From positions 27,404,001 to 27,468,000 of the forward strand of contig NC_082721.1 in NCBI RefSeq assembly GCF_030144855.1: DNA of 64,000 bases. The letters are read 5' to 3'. A program made the translations under genes and the position numbers. Of the stretch, positions 37,561 through 51,469 are shown one piece after another (positions within the stretch are counted from its first letter, which is position 1; each line of letters begins with the position of its first letter). The stretch comes from Hypanus sabinus (lineage: Eukaryota). The notes beneath the pieces were generated by a model. That model saw only the letters and a program-made list of their open reading frames with translations. It made no database searches and was not told the DNA's origin.

Positions 37561-39098
37561 AGGTTGGAAGGGGTTAAAAGTTATTAACACTGGTTGCACA
37601 GTCTGGATTTATATCCAGAATGTTGAAAGATGAAAGGGGCTGATTAATGAGCTAATTGGGTAGATAGATCACTCTCTCTGATTTCAAATGGAAGTCGTTA
37701 ATAAGGGAACCAGCCAGGCTGCTGGTAGATCTTGGCCTGAGTGACTCATTCACTCATTGATTAGTTTAATAGATTTTGTTGGGTAATGAGGATAAATGCT
37801 ACCTAACAAAAGAGAGTAAATAATCTGGAGATACAAGACTATAGATGCTGCAATCTAGTGTGGAAAAAAAATAAATGAACATGATCTAATTGGAAAGCAA
37901 AAAAAAAACTTTTGATCTTGGAAACCTGAAATTAAAATAAAATTCTGGAAATGTTGGTCAGGGAGCATCTGTGGAGAGTAAAACAAACGTAATTGTTCTG
38001 ATCAATAATCTTCAATCAGAACTAGGAGAAATTAGCAAACAAGCATATTTTAAGTTGCAGAGATAGAGAGGATGAAGAAATTATCTGTGTTACGGTGCAA
38101 ACCTCGAGCAATGAGAGACTGAAGAGTGTCAGGTGAGAGGGCAGTGAAGTCCTGTAAATGGCAACTAATCTGTCTGCAGGAGGTACAGATAGGAAAGGAT
38201 GAATCAACCCGGTAACTCTTCTGCCCTTTACTCTCACTCATTTTCAATTTAGAAATCAAAAATGGTGGGAAAATAGATTGAGAATAAATTGGCAAGAAGT
38301 AAAATAAAGGCAGTAAGAATCTAAATATGGGTGAAAATAAAGTGAACATTGGTCCCCTGAAAGTGAGACTGGGGAATCAATAAAGGGGGAAAAGGGAGTA
38401 GCACAGACTGGACTGATACATCTTACCTATCTTGAAAGTAGATGCTACTTAACGTATCCCAATAATAATAGAAAACCCAGGGGCAATGTGGCAGGATGTA
38501 CTTAAAATGATCACGATCACAAATAGCAGATAAACTAATGGGACTGAGGGCCGACTCGTCCTCTGGACCTGATGAGTCAGCTGGTCGACATCTCTAAGTC
38601 TTAAAAGAAGTGGCGTCTTAATGGTGGGTTTTTTGATTGGACTGGTTCTCATCTGAATTCAGAAGCATGGGGCATCGTCACACTGAAACATGAGATTGAT
38701 TGTGGACTCTTATAGTAACCACACTGGTGTTTGGAGAATCTGAAGTTAGAGGTCAGTGACAGAATAAGGGGCTTCCCGTCTGACAAGGAGGGGTTGATCC
38801 TCTCAGGTGGTCATGAGTATTTGGAATTCTCTGTCCCAGAGAGCTGTGAAGTGTCAATAACTGAGTTATTATTTAACTGAATAGATGTTGAATTGTTATT
38901 TAACATTTTATTGAAATCAACGGTTTTTATCTACAGGGAAAGACTAGAACTGTGAGGAATAGGCAGGAAAGTGGAGTCTAGGCCAGGGTAAGGTCAGCCA
39001 TGATTTTAGTGAACTCAAACGGTTGTTTGACCCATTCCAGCTTCTTACGTTCCTATCGTGCATTAAACACCCCCATTTTAGTTGTTGTTCCCTCGTAC

Positions 39099-39221
39099 CT
39101 GTGCGTATTCTTCAGCTCAGTGGCCAGCTCCTCAGACCGGTACTTTTGGGTATTGTTCTTTTCTATTAGCCTGCCAAGTGATGTAGTCAACTCCTCAATA
39201 TGATCTCTTAGGTGCTTTTCT
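39099..39221 (-). CDS. USHBP1: USHBP1/MCC-like exon
   Basis: (R)EKHLRDHIEELTTSLGRLIEKNNTQKYRSEELATELKNTH(S), compare MCC REKKLKARVQELVSALERL; AG/GT sites; phase 2-2. Confidence 0.88.
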
Positions 39222-39344
39222 CTGTAAAACAATTAAGATTGGATTTTCCCTGAAATACTTTGCAACAGATCAAGTTAAAGAACAGCTGCTTTTAGTGAAT
39301 AGATGTCATCGAGTCACTGCAACAAGCAGGGGCAAACAAACTTT

Positions 39345-39815
39345 CTACAGAGGCACAATTGAGAGCATCCTGACTGGCTGCATCACTGCCTGGTATGGGA
39401 ACTGAATTTCCCTCAGTTGCAGGGCTCTGCAGAGAGCCCAGTGCATCTGCAGATGTGAACTTCCCACTATTCAGGACATTTACAGTGACAGTTGCATAAA
39501 AAGGGCCCAAAGGATCATTGGGGACCCGAGTCACCCCAACCACAAACTGTTCCAGCTGCTGCCATCCAGGAAACGGTACTGCAGCATAAAAGCCAGGACC
39601 AACAGTCTCCAGGACAGCTCCTTCCACCAGGCCATCAGACCGATGAACTCATGCTGACACAATTGTATTTCGAAGCTATATTGACCGTTCTATTGTATAT
39701 CTTACTGTACACACTATTTACTACAAATCATTATAATTTGCACATTCAGATGGAGATGTAACGTAAAGATTTTTACTCTTCACATATGTGAAGGATGTAA
39801 GAAATAAAAGTCAAT
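39345..39815 (+). mobile_element. Rex1/Babar-like LINE 3' fragment
   Basis: Same family as 27672-28465, opposite orientation. Confidence 0.8.
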
Positions 39816-40631
39816 AAAGCTCTTCAGCTCATCTAGTCTATGCCGAACTGTTATTCTTACTAGTCCTATCGACCTGCACCTGGAACATGGCCTTCCGTAC
39901 CTCTCCCATCGATGTACTTACCAAACTTCTCTTAAATGTTGCAATCAAACCGACATACAGCACTTGCACTGGCGGCTCATTTCACACTCGCACCTCTCTG
40001 AGTGAAGAAGATAACCCCTCAGGTTGTCCTTAAGTATTTCACCTTTCATCCTCAACGTATGACCACTAGTCCTAGCCTCACCCAATCTCAGTGGAAAAAG
40101 CCTGCTTGCATTTGCTCTATCGACAACCCTCATAATTTTGTATACTACTATCAAATCTCCCCTATGCTCCAAGGAATAAAATCCTAAACAATTTAATCTT
40201 TCCTTATGAGTTCCTCGAGTTCTGACAAAATCTTTGTGAATTCTCTCTGTTCTCTTTCAATCTTATTGGTATCTTTCCTGTAGGCAGGTGAACAATGCCT
40301 TGTACAACTTTAACATAACATGCTAACTCCGACAGTATGCCCTAGATATCTGTGAAGAAGGGTGTGACACCTCAGCATTGTATCATCAAATGCTCCAAGA
40401 CACATCCGGACACCAGACAGCAATGGATGCAGAGGCAACTCTAAACCTGGCACAAACTGTGGAGAGGAGAATGGTGTTTTTCCAACAACATTTTCTGGTA
40501 GGTTAGAGGAAAGGAAGAGATTTTAATTTTGAAAATGAAGAACGTCATTTAATACATTATAAGTTGCTGGATGCGGGATGCTTTTGGGAGAGACGAAAGA
40601 TGCAAGCAAGCTCCCTCCCCACCCAGGTTAC

Positions 40632-40753
40632 CTGCTGCAGATCTGCTGGAACTGTCTGGATTGAGGAAGTTTATTGTTAAACCTTAAACTGTGGAAAGAT
40701 CCAGAGAATCTCCTGCTGACTTGGGTGAGACTGGGGCTCTCCCAGTTGATCAT
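40632..40753 (-). CDS. USHBP1: USHBP1/MCC-like exon (low-conservation linker)
   Basis: Open 122-nt segment MINWESPSLTQVSRRFSGSFHSLRFNNKLPQSRQFQQICS(R); CAG acceptor and CAG|GTAACC donor; supplies the phase 0 to 2 bridge required between its neighbours. Confidence 0.65.
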
Positions 40754-42423
40754 CTGGCATTTAGAGACAGCCCCCTTCCTTGGTCTCCCTCTCCTGTTCC
40801 CAGTCCTAGCCCCATTAAATCAGCCTATTTATTTATTTAGAGATCCAGCTCGGAATCAGCTTCTTCCAGCCCAATGAGCCTGTGGTAACCAGTGTGACCA
40901 ATTATCTGTTTACCCGTACACTTTTGGAATGTGGGAGGAAACCAGAGGAAATACACATGGAGGACGTACTCACTCTATGGGTAGAGGCTGAATTGAAACC
41001 CGGTTGCTGGCACTGTAACAGTATTATGCCAAACTTACAGAAGCCCAAGGAGCTTCTGTACGGGAAGGTTCTGCGTTTTCTGAAGGAGTGGGCAGTGAGT
41101 GGCCTTAACCCCACGTAAAGGGCTCCCTGTGGTTTCTGTCCGTGGAAGCCTAGAGAGCAAAATGGACTGGGTCATGTTATCAAACGTTCTGCTCCTCGGT
41201 GCTGAGATGGTCATCCTCCCCCGCCTGCACGATGTGGGGTGGAGGCGACGTTAACCATCACCCCAATCCTGTCCATTTTTGCCATCTTCTGATGCCAGCT
41301 CTTCTCCAGCTGCTGTGGGAGAATGACCTGACAGGGCACTTCACTCTGCATTCCGGATGTCCGCACGCCACACGTCCCGGACGAGACCCAGGGCCAAGCT
41401 ATTAGAAGCCGGAGCAGATTGAAATGAGCTACCTCGGTCTTCAGGCCGCCAGTTTCACCGTTGCTGTTCCCTCTACCCCACACCAGAAGCAGTAGTCCTG
41501 GGGGTAAAGCCAGAGGTTGGAAAGTGGGGGAGGGCCTAACTGAAAGGAAGACATGTAGGAAAACAAGAGATTTAGAGGTGAATCTCAAGTAAGTGGTGTG
41601 CCCTAATGAGCAGGTAGAATGTGAGCTTACCCTGAGTAACCCCAGGACATTTTACCCTGTGAATTCTGTACTTACGGCAAGGAGACTGCTGTGTGTTCAG
41701 ACACCAGCTCCGCCTCGCATGTTGCTGACTTGGTTTCCTAAAATTAGAGCAGAATCAAACAAACTTCAGCAGGATTGGCACAGAGAATGTAAAATCCTGA
41801 TCTAAAAAAAATTATTCTCTCTTTGCTACTGCCGGACTTGGAAGGGAGGTTCCAGTTCCCATCAGGTTACTGGTCCAGCCTGCACTCACAGTGCTTAGAA
41901 GAGTGAGAAGTGATTTCACTGGTGCACACGAGGATCCGAGTGGATGCTGAGATGCTCCCTCCCCAGGCTGGGGAGTCTGGGGTCATGGGCATACTTAGGG
42001 TAGGGAGGGCAGCCACTCGGGGCTGAGAATTTTTTCTGATGGTAGTCCGTCTTTGGAATTCCCTCCCTCACTGACCCGGGGTGCTCAGTTCTATGAGAAC
42101 ATTTGAGGCTGAGGCTGTTAGATTTTTGGACAGTCACGGAATCAAGGGAAGTGGAATTGTGATTTCAGATCTGGCGAAGTCATACTAAACGCCAGCTGAA
42201 TAACTCCATTCCGCTCCTATTTCATAACTTCCTCAGTGACCACCATACCCGTGGCTTCAGGAGTGAACACTGACCCCAGCAGAGTGTCAGTGGTCACTGG
42301 ATTGTGGTCAGGAGCAGGAACACAAACATTCCATATTTAAGGTATCTGCACAGACTGGTCAAAGTCCTTGTATCTATAGACAAAATTCTTGCACTTTGAT
42401 GGTGACTCTATCCTTGGACATAC

Positions 42424-42603
42424 CTGCCTAACGCAGCCTGTCCTGGGGTCCTCCTGCAACCATTCATCCCGCTGTTCTTGCCAGTGTGTAAGGAGGAGCC
42501 TTATGGCTTCATCCTGATGGTCTTGAGATTGCAGCTTCTGCTCCAATCTTCTCTTCTCCTTCTTCATCCAACTCAGTTGACTTTTTAGCCAGGACATATC
42601 TTC
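42424..42603 (-). CDS. USHBP1: USHBP1/MCC-like exon
   Basis: EDMSWLKSQLSWMKKEKRRLEQKLQSQDHQDEAIRLLLTHWQEQRDE, compare MCC EEMAELKAQLYLLEKEKKALELKL; phase 0-0. Confidence 0.9.
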
Positions 42604-43175
42604 CTGATAGTCACAGTGATCCAGGGAGATGGAGAATATATTACTATTGGGTTGTTTGACCATAGAATGCATAAGACAATGATTACTGAACCTCTATGGT
42701 GTTACTTCAAACCTCAACTGGCCACTGAACTAGCCTTGATCTGGCTGTCACTGTCTTCCACTCCTTCTGGCAGATGTCAGCTGTGGTTCAGTGAACAGTA
42801 TTCTGCCTCACACCTATGTTAGAAAGTTGTGGGTTCAAAACCCACCAAAGGCTCCCGCCTACAGTCTAAGATTAATGGTGCCTCTGAGGGAATTAATATA
42901 CTCTCAGATCATATTAACTGAGATTTTAAACTGAGGCCACAGTTCAAACTTTCAGATTTGATGGCCAATATTTTATTCAAGAATAAGATGGGGCCTGCTC
43001 CTATGCTGTAATATTTTATAACAAGAGGAGGCCATTCAGATCGACAAACCCTGACCTCCTATTGAGTTACATTATGGGTAATCTGAATTTTAAACCCATT
43101 TAACCAACTTTGTCTTATAACTTGTAGAATCCCCTTACAAAAAAAAAGCCGCTGCCTGCCAGTCCAGCCACTCAC

Positions 43176-43441
43176 CCGGACAGCCATCAGATCTTGCTGC
43201 AGGTCTTCCTTCCCTTTATTCTGTTGCTGAAGCATCCCAGGAAAACGTGAGCAGAACCCAGGTGAGGGTAGATCCCGCACCACTGGCATGACCTCGCTGT
43301 TTCCACTTTGCTGGTAGCGCTTCAGATTGGGTGAAATGTCCCCCAGATTGATGATGGTCTGTTTCATGGCAGTGTAGCTCTGCCTTAGTTTGACAATTTC
43401 TCCTCTCAGGCGGGCAATACTGCTGTCAACTTCTGGCTCAC
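43176..43441 (-). CDS. USHBP1: USHBP1/MCC-like exon
   Basis: EPEVDSSIARLRGEIVKLRQSYTAMKQTIINL…KEDLQQDLMAVR; acceptor ttctcAG, donor CGG|GTGAGT; phase 1-0. Confidence 0.88.
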
Positions 43442-43569
43442 CTGAGAATTTTAAAAAAAAGGTAGTAGACCATTCTCCCCTCATGCCTGTACTGTCATCC
43501 AATCAATTCATGACTGATCTTTTATCTCAGTGTCATTCTTGTACACATACACCATTTCCCTCAATTTTC

Positions 43570-44465
43570 TTAAAAAAAATGGTGACAAATCAGCACATAG
43601 GAGAGAGATTGAAAATCTGGCTGCATGGTACCACAACAGCCTCTCGCTCAATGTCAGCAAGACCAAGGAGCTGATTATTGACTTCAGGAGGAGAAAACCA
43701 GAGGTCCTCATCAGAGGTGGAGAAGGTCAGCGATTTTAAATTCCTTGGTGCTACAATTTCTGAGGAGCTGTCCTGGGCCCAGCACACAAGTGCCATTATG
43801 AAGAGAGCATGGCAGCAACTCTACTTTGAGAATTTTGCGAAGATTTGGTATGTTATCTAAAACTTTGGCAAACTTCTAAAGAAGTGTGGTGGAGAGTATA
43901 TTGACTGATTGCATCATGGCATGGTATGGAAATACCAATGTCCTTGAATAGAAAAGCCCATAAAAAGTTGTGGACACAGTCCGGGTCATCACGGCTAAAG
44001 CCCCTCCCACCATTGAGCACATCTACACAGACCTCTGTCGCAGTAAAGCAACATCCATCATCAAAAATCCCCACCACCCAGGTCAAGCTCTCCTCTCACT
44101 GCTGCCATCAGGATGAGAGTACAGAAGCCTCAGTACTCACATTACCAGGTTCAGGAACAGTTATTACCCCTCAACCATCAGGCTCTTGAACCAGAGAGGA
44201 TAATTTTACACACTGAACCGTCCTCACTGCCTATGGACTCACTTTCAAGGACTCTTCATCTCATGTTCTCGATATCTATTGCTTATTTATTTATTATTAT
44301 TTTTCTCTTGTATTTGCACAGTTTGTTGTTCTTTGCACGTTGGTTGTTTGCCCTGCTGGGTGCGGTCTTTCATTGTATTATGTTTCTACTGTGGATGCCT
44401 GCAGGAAAAAGAATCTCTGGGTTGTATATGGTGACATATGTAAATTGATAATAAATTTACTCTGA
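43570..44465 (+). mobile_element. Rex1/Babar-like LINE 3' part
   Basis: SLNVSKTKELIIDFRR, FKFLGATISEELSW. Confidence 0.8.
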
Positions 44466-44519
44466 ACCTATCCATCTCTACCATGAAAATATACTTTGTG
44501 GTCAGGTCACGATATTAAA

Positions 44520-45060
44520 TACATCTGTACACCTGCTCGATAATGCAAAACTAATCAGCCAATCATGTGGCAGCAACTCAATGCATAAAAGCATGCAGAC
44601 ACGGTCAAGAGGTTCAGTTGTTGTTCAGAAAAAAACATCAGAATGGGGGAAGAAATGTGATCCAAGTGACTTTGACTGTGGAATGATTGTTGGTGTCAGA
44701 TGGTGTGGTTTCAGTATCTTAGAATTTGCTGATTTCCTGGGATTTTCACGCATGTCTCTGGAGTTTACAGAGAATTGTGTGAAAAACAACAGAAGTCCAG
44801 TCAGCAGCAGTTCTGTGGGTGAAAGTGCTTGTTAGTGAGAGAGGTCAGAGGAGAACGGCCAGACAGGTTCAAGCTGACAGGAAGGTGACAGTAACTCAAA
44901 TAACCACACGTTACAACAGTGGTATGCAGAAAAGCATCCCTGAACGCACAACATATTGAACCTCAAGTGCATGGGCAACAGCAGCAGGAGACCACAGGCA
45001 TACAGAAATATACTCAGTGTCTCTACACCCTGAGATCTAACAAAGTGGCCACTGATTGTA
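44520..45060 (+). mobile_element. Tc1/mariner-like internally deleted DNA transposon
   Basis: Transposase N-terminal remnant GKKCDPSDFDCGMIVGVR…ADFLGFS; right TIR-like ctaacaaagtggccactga. Confidence 0.7.
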
Positions 45061-46159
45061 CATTCAATAACTGCATCTCCACTGCACGCTTTATAGAGAC
45101 TGGCAAAGTTCACTACCCACTTAGTGAAGAAATTTTTGATCTCTATGCTTCTCTAAGTGCGGCCTCTTTACTATTGATATCACTCCGCCGCTGGCAGCTC
45201 TGCCTGTTAAGCAATTTTCTCCCTTTATTTCTTTCCCTTTCTCTCTTCCCACTGACGCTCTAAAATCTTGCCCTTATGCCCAATCCTTTGGTTGGCTGCC
45301 CAGGGCTCAGTATCAAACTTTGATCGTGAAGGAGTCATAGTCGTAGACTCACAGAGCACTAAGCACAGAAACGGGCCACTGGGCTCATCTATTCCATGCC
45401 GAATTGTGATTCTATTGTCCCTCAGCTGGACCATAACCCTCCCATCCATGTACTTACCCAAATTTCTCCTAAATATTGCAATCAAAGCTGCATCCAACAA
45501 TTCCACTGGCAACATGTTTCACACTCGCACCATGCTCTAAGTGAAGAAATTCCCCTTAAATATTTCACCTTTCACCCTTAATGTATCACCTCTAGGTCTA
45601 GTCTCACCCTACCTCAGTGGAAAAAGCCTGCTTGCATTTATCTTGTCTATACCCCTCATAATTTTGTATACTCCACCCCCTCATTCTCCTATGCTCCAGG
45701 GAATAAAGTCCTAACCTATTCAACCTTATCCTATAACAAAGCTATTCAAGTCCTGGCAACCTCCTTGTAGATGTTGTCTGTACTCTTTCAATCTGACTGA
45801 TATCAGGTGACTGAATGTTACCTCATATCTCCACCGACCACTGAACTAGCCTTGATCTGCTTGTCACTGGGACGCCAATTCAGGATGCATCAACTACGTA
45901 CCACTCCCTCACTCAAGTATCTGTGGGTCAGTGAGCGGCATATTAGCTCACATCTATGGAAGTTGTGGGTTTACACTCCTCCGAAAAACCTCAGCCTGCA
46001 GTCTACAACCAAAGGCTTCTTAAATTTGTAAACTGCTCAGAGCATGGGAGGAACTGGCTAACATGGCCGAGTGATCTGAGAGCTGTGATGACAGGGTTCC
46101 CTTAGCCCCAGCTTCCTAAGTGTGGTCAGCCCCACTATTCACCCAAGCAAATGTATCAC

Positions 46160-46230
46160 CTGCGTCTGGTTGTCTTCCTATGGTTTCAGCCTTGACCAGA
46201 AGTTTTCCATAGGCCTCGATGCAGTCGTCA
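46160..46230 (-). CDS. USHBP1: USHBP1/MCC-like exon
   Basis: (S)DDCIEAYGKLLVKAETIGRQPDA(G), compare MCC YSEQCIEAYELLL; acceptor ttttttatAG; phase 2-1. Confidence 0.88.
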
Positions 46231-47524
46231 CTATAAAAAACCGATTTACAAAGAGTCATTTCTAGAGAAAGTGAACTGAAATGAAGTACTTGAACATATC
46301 TAAACTGGAAGCACCAGGCAGCTCTGGTTTGCTAATATCTTGTTCTGTTTCATTCAGAGTATAGACCATGTCTAGAACATAGTTAAAGCATAGTACTGTT
46401 CTTCACATAATAAATAATTTTTAAAAATCAGATACTGTAATAAAAACAACTACAACCTAAAATAGCTATTTTTAAAACTTCTCTTTCCCACTTCAGAGTC
46501 TCCGACCTGAAATATTAACATTGTTTTTCTTTCCACAGACACTGCCTGGCCTGTTGAGTATTTCCAGTACTTTCTGTTTCTATTTCAGATTTCAAGCATC
46601 TGTAGTTCTTTTAATAAACTTTTCATTAACTGACCTCCATATTTCTTGGCTGGGCCTTACTTGAAGGCAGCCTGGTCCACAGCAGTGTTAAACGTTGCCT
46701 GTTCATTGAACACCTGGGCCAGATCTACTGTTCTCACCTCTGTATTGCAGGAGGATGGGAAAACACTGGAGAAGTGCAAAGGGTGATAGCAGAAACAAGA
46801 AGTTGTACTTACCAAACAAGTTCAAACAAGAGGGGTAGTTTCTCTTGCAAGATAAACAATGATCCAAGAAGGATCTGTTAGATTATGAAGGGGAACAATA
46901 GGATCGATGAAGAGCTCTTTCTATCATGGGAGTAACCAGAAACCAAAAGCCATTAACTATAGGTGAAAACTTTTTAAAAACAGACGTCAGAAATAGAAAA
47001 TGTTTGAAATACTCAGCAGGTCAAGCTGAATCTGTGGGAGGAGAAAAAGAGCTAATGTTTCAAGTCAAAGATCTGAAGAGAATCGTCCACCTGACAAAGG
47101 TTCTTGATCCTAAAATGTGAACTCTGTTTCCCCTCCTACAGATACAGCCTAACCTGATGAGGATTGTCATTTCGGAAATGTGATTTTTTCCTAAATCCCC
47201 AGACAGAAATTCAGGAAAAAAAAATCCTTTTCTTGAGAGAGCCAGAAAAATGTGGCACTCAGGGGGCAGTGTCGAGTTCCTGAGCCTCAGCACCTATCCT
47301 GGGCCCACCATGTTGATGCAATCATGGTGAAGGCATGCCAGCGGCTGTAATTCATTAGGAGTTTGAGGAGATCTGGTGTGTCACCAAAGACTCAAGCAAA
47401 TTTCAATAGATGTTTCACTTGGCTATAGGGGACCAGTCCGTAATCTGTTCAGTATTATATTTACCTCCTTAAACCATTTACCTCAAATTGAAGGAGGTAG
47501 TGGAGGGAGAGAGAGCTCTATAAC

Positions 47525-49550
47525 AAAGTCATAGAAAACTACAATGCAGAAACAGGCCACTCAGCCTATTTAGTCCATGCTGAACCATTTAAACTGCCTA
47601 GTCCCATCGACCTGCACCCAAATCATAACCCTCCATACCCCTCCCATCCATGTACTTATCCAAACTTCTCTTAAATGTTGAAATCAAAATTGCATCCACT
47701 GGCAGCCCATTCCACACTCTCACGTCCCTCTGAGTGAAAGAGTTTCCCCTCACCCTTAAAGATTTCACATTTAATCGTTAACCCATGAACTTTAGTTGTA
47801 GTTCACGCAACCTCAGTGGAAAAAGCCTGCTTGCATTTACCCTGCCTATACCCCTCATAATTTTGTGTGCCTCTATCAAATCTGCTCTCAATCTTCTATG
47901 TTCTAGGGCATAAAATTCTAACCTGTTCAATCTTCCCTTATAACTCAATCCCTCCAGTCCCAGCAACATTCTTGTAAATTTTCTCTGTACTCGTTCAACC
48001 TTATTTACTTCTTTCTTGTAGGTAGGTAAACTGTACACAATACTTCAAATTAGGGCTACTGTGCCTATTGTCTTGTTTATTATTTATTTATTAATTATCA
48101 TACTGCCCTGCACTGTTTTGTGCACTTTATGTAGTCCTGTGTAGGTCTGTAGTCTAGTGTAGTTTTTGTGTTGTTTAGTGTAGCCTTGAGTTGTCTCACT
48201 TAGTCTAGTGTAGTTTTGTGTTGTTTCATGTAGCACCAGGGTCCTGGAGGAACGTTGTTTCATTTTTACTGTGTACTGTACCAGCAGTTGATGATTGAAA
48301 TGACAATAAAAAGCGACTTGACTTGATTTTCCAATGTCTCATACAACTTCAAAATAATAGCACAACTCCTGTCCTCAATATTTTGATCTATGAAGGCCAA
48401 TGTGTCAAAGGCTTTCTTTATGAACCTATCTACCTCTAATGTCACTTTAAATGAATTATGGACCTGTCTTTCCCCTATCCTTTTGTTCTACTGCACTCCT
48501 CAGTGCCCTACCACTCACTGTGTAAGATCTAGACTGGTTGGTCCTCCTCACACTTGTCTACATTAAATTCCATCTGCCATTTTTCCAGCTGGTCCAAATC
48601 TTGCTGCAAGCTTTAATAGTCGTCCTCGCTGTCCACTACACCCTCAATCTTAGTGTCATTTGCAAATTTGCTGATCCAGTTAACCACATTATCATCCACA
48701 TCATTGATATAGATGACGAACAACAATGGACCCAGTACCAATCCCAGTGGCACTACAATAGTCACAGGCCTCCAGAGAGGCAATCATCCTCTACCACTCT
48801 CTGGCTTCTCCCACAAAGCCAATGCCTAATTTAATTTACTACCTCATCTTCAATGCAAACAACTGAACCTTCTTGACCAACCTCCCATGTGGGACCTTGT
48901 CAAAAGCCTTGCTGAAGTCCATGTAGACAACATCCACTGCCTTACCTTCATCAAATCTCCTAGTAACTTACTCAAAAAACTCCATAAGATTGGTTATACA
49001 CGATCTACCGTGCACAAAGCCATGCTAACTATCTCTAATCAGTCCCTGTCTATTCAAATACACATGTTTCCAGTCCCTTTGAATACCTTCCAATAACTTT
49101 CCCTCTGACTCACTGGCCTATAATTCCCTCGCTTATTCTTAGAGCCTTTCTTAAACAGCGGAGCAACATTAGATATCCTCCCGTACTCTAGTACCTCACC
49201 TGTCACTGAGGATGATTTCTATTTCTCTGCTAGAACCCCTGCAGTTTCTGCACTAGCCTTCCACAGGGTCTGAGGGAACGTATTGTCCACCCTAATATAC
49301 CTCAAGACAACAAACACCTCCTCCTCTGTGATTTGTATAAAGTCCAGGACCTCGCTGCTGCTTCGCCTCATTTATAGACTCTATGTCTGTCTCCTGAGTA
49401 AAGACAAATGCAAAAAATCCATTATGATTTCCCTCATCTGGCTCCATGCACAGCTTACTATTCTAATCTTCCAGAGGACCAATTTTGTCTCTTGCAATGC
49501 TTAAGCTCTTAACGTGTCTGAAGAATCCGTTAAGGTTCTCCTTTATCTTG
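47525..49550 (-). mobile_element. Degenerate CR1 LINE with an internal insertion
   Basis: ERVQRKFTRML; minus-strand DFSKAFDKVPH and KFANDT motifs. Confidence 0.8.
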
Positions 49551-49615
49551 TACAATCTGTGCATAGAAGTTTCAAACCCTTACAGGTTCACAGTTTGAGG
49601 GGCAATCGGTCTCAC

Positions 49616-49756
49616 CTGTACTGCACAGCAAGGCTCAGTGCAGTGCTGTTTGATTCGTGCTTTCCCAGTAAAATGGTCAGCCTCTCGCAGTCACCCTTGC
49701 ACTCCTGAAGAACCCCGGACAGCAGGTTATTGCGTTCCTTCCACTCATCGATGGAA
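49616..49756 (-). CDS. USHBP1: USHBP1/MCC-like exon (conserved family domain)
   Basis: SIDEWKERNNLLSGVLQECKGDCERLTILLGKHESNSTALSLAVQY(S); the SI…LLS.VLQ..KG.CE pattern is closer to USHBP1 than to MCC as I recall them; phase 2-2. Confidence 0.92.
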
Positions 49757-50429
49757 CTACAGAAAGAAAAGGGGCAAAGCAGCCATCAAAATGGACATCT
49801 TTCACCCCTCCAAGTCACCTTGACTGGAGACATCCCGCCCTACAAACTACCTTTTCCCAAAGCTCCATTCTGGAAAGTGCTAATAGGACTATTAAGAGAA
49901 AAATGTCATGCCATCTTAAAAGTTTCTTCCCTGTGCAGTTAATCTGATCAACCATCTTAGTTAGCCTCCACTCCCACCTCACTCTATCTATTACTGTCAC
50001 TGCACTGCTGTTTGCATGCCAGTATTTACGTATTTATGCACATTTTATTCCACCTCAGCATTCTAACTTTATTTTTATATAATTCTTTACTCTTTATAAT
50101 AGTTGAATGTTGTTTTTTGTTGCGTGTTGCATCCTAACCATCACACCACAGAAAGTTTCTAATCCATAAAAATGTATGCAAATGGTAAACAAAATTGATC
50201 CTTGTTCCTCGATGAATTTTGCAGTAAAGGCACATGGGAAATGGCCGGGATAGCTCCCTCCAACATCTTAAGGTAATAACTACCAGCCATGCCAAAAATA
50301 TCCACATCCAAGAATGAAATGATTAAACTATCTTACTCCAAATTATTCATCAAGAAAAATACAAGAGTGGGTGAGATTCCAAAGTACATGGTTCATTGGG
50401 ATTTTTACAATGTCGGTCCAATGGCTTAC

Positions 50430-50578
50430 TTCCTCAGCTGATCCACTTCCATTTCTGAGTCTTGAATCCTGACTCCGACCACATTGGATTCGTGTGTTAG
50501 AAGGAATCGGGAGAACTCCTGCACACCTGAACAATTCTGGAATGACTGCATCAATCGTTCAAGGGCAAAGCCAGGATC
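50430..50578 (-). CDS. USHBP1: USHBP1/MCC-like exon
   Basis: DPGFALERLMQSFQNCSGVQEFSRFLLTHESNVVGVRIQDSEMEVDQLR(N), compare MCC HSLQDCSNIQEIF…EFEVETERLN; donor GTAAGC; phase 0-2. Confidence 0.88.
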
Positions 50579-50800
50579 CTGCAGTGGAGATGAGGGCAGG
50601 GATGAAGATGCTGATTCTCAAATGGAGGAAGAACCCCTCTTACAGAGACCAACACTACCCACTGCTTTGGATCAGGTCTGGGGAGTATCCATGGCAACAG
50701 CACCCCAGACTGGTGTGCAAAGCTATGATCGTCATCTATAGAATGGAATTCACAGATGCACACCTGGTTAAGTATTGAAACCCTGTACCCTGAGAATTAC

Positions 50801-50926
50801 TTTGTGCACTGACGCCTCGATCTCATTGCCGATGGTGTCAGATCCAGGGCTGCCCGTAACCCTGGGAGGTGAGGAGTCTCTCTCAGTCCGCTGCACGTTC
50901 TGGAGCGACGACAGCAATTCATCAGC
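50801..50926 (-). CDS. USHBP1: USHBP1/MCC-like exon
   Basis: ADELLSSLQNVQRTERDSSPPRVTGSPGSDTIGNEIEASVHK; phase 0-0 using donor AAA|GTAATT; the donor choice is inferred from phase. Confidence 0.75.
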
Positions 50927-51469
50927 CTAATGCAGGGACAAAAAGGATCAGGATGTAATCAAATGGAATATCTCTGCTGCCCAGTCAAGAGCACAATAAA
51001 TGCATGCAGCTAGACACAAACATGCACAAAAACTACCTCTTATGCACATACATAGATGCTTGTAAACACTTCTGTGAACAACTATCACCCACAAGCATGT
51101 GCACATATGCACACATAAACATAATACACTGCTAGAAATAAAAAAAACAATCCAAAGCCATGAAGGACTGGTTTTAACAGAGTACAGTACAGGCCCCTAA
51201 GCCCACAATGTTGTGCCAACTTTTTAACCTACTTTAAGATCAATCTAATCTTTCCTTCCCACACAGCCCTCCATTTTTCTTTCATCCATGTCCCCTTAAA
51301 TGTCCCTAATGTATCTGCCTCTACCATCGCCCCGACATCATGTATCATGCATAAAATGCATATAACTCTGACATCGCACCTCTACTTTCCTCCAGAGTTA
51401 TGCCCCCTCATATTAATAATTCCCACCCTGGGAGAAAGGCAATTGATGCACACACATCAGCCACTGCGC

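Noticed and set aside
41199-41588. Additional USHBP1 exon in a GC-rich intronic patch
   Set aside because: Weak splice sites, no MCC-family similarity, and not needed for frame continuity.
45115-45260. Phase 1-1 exon between the 46160 and 43441 exons
   Set aside because: The required frame has an in-frame TAA.
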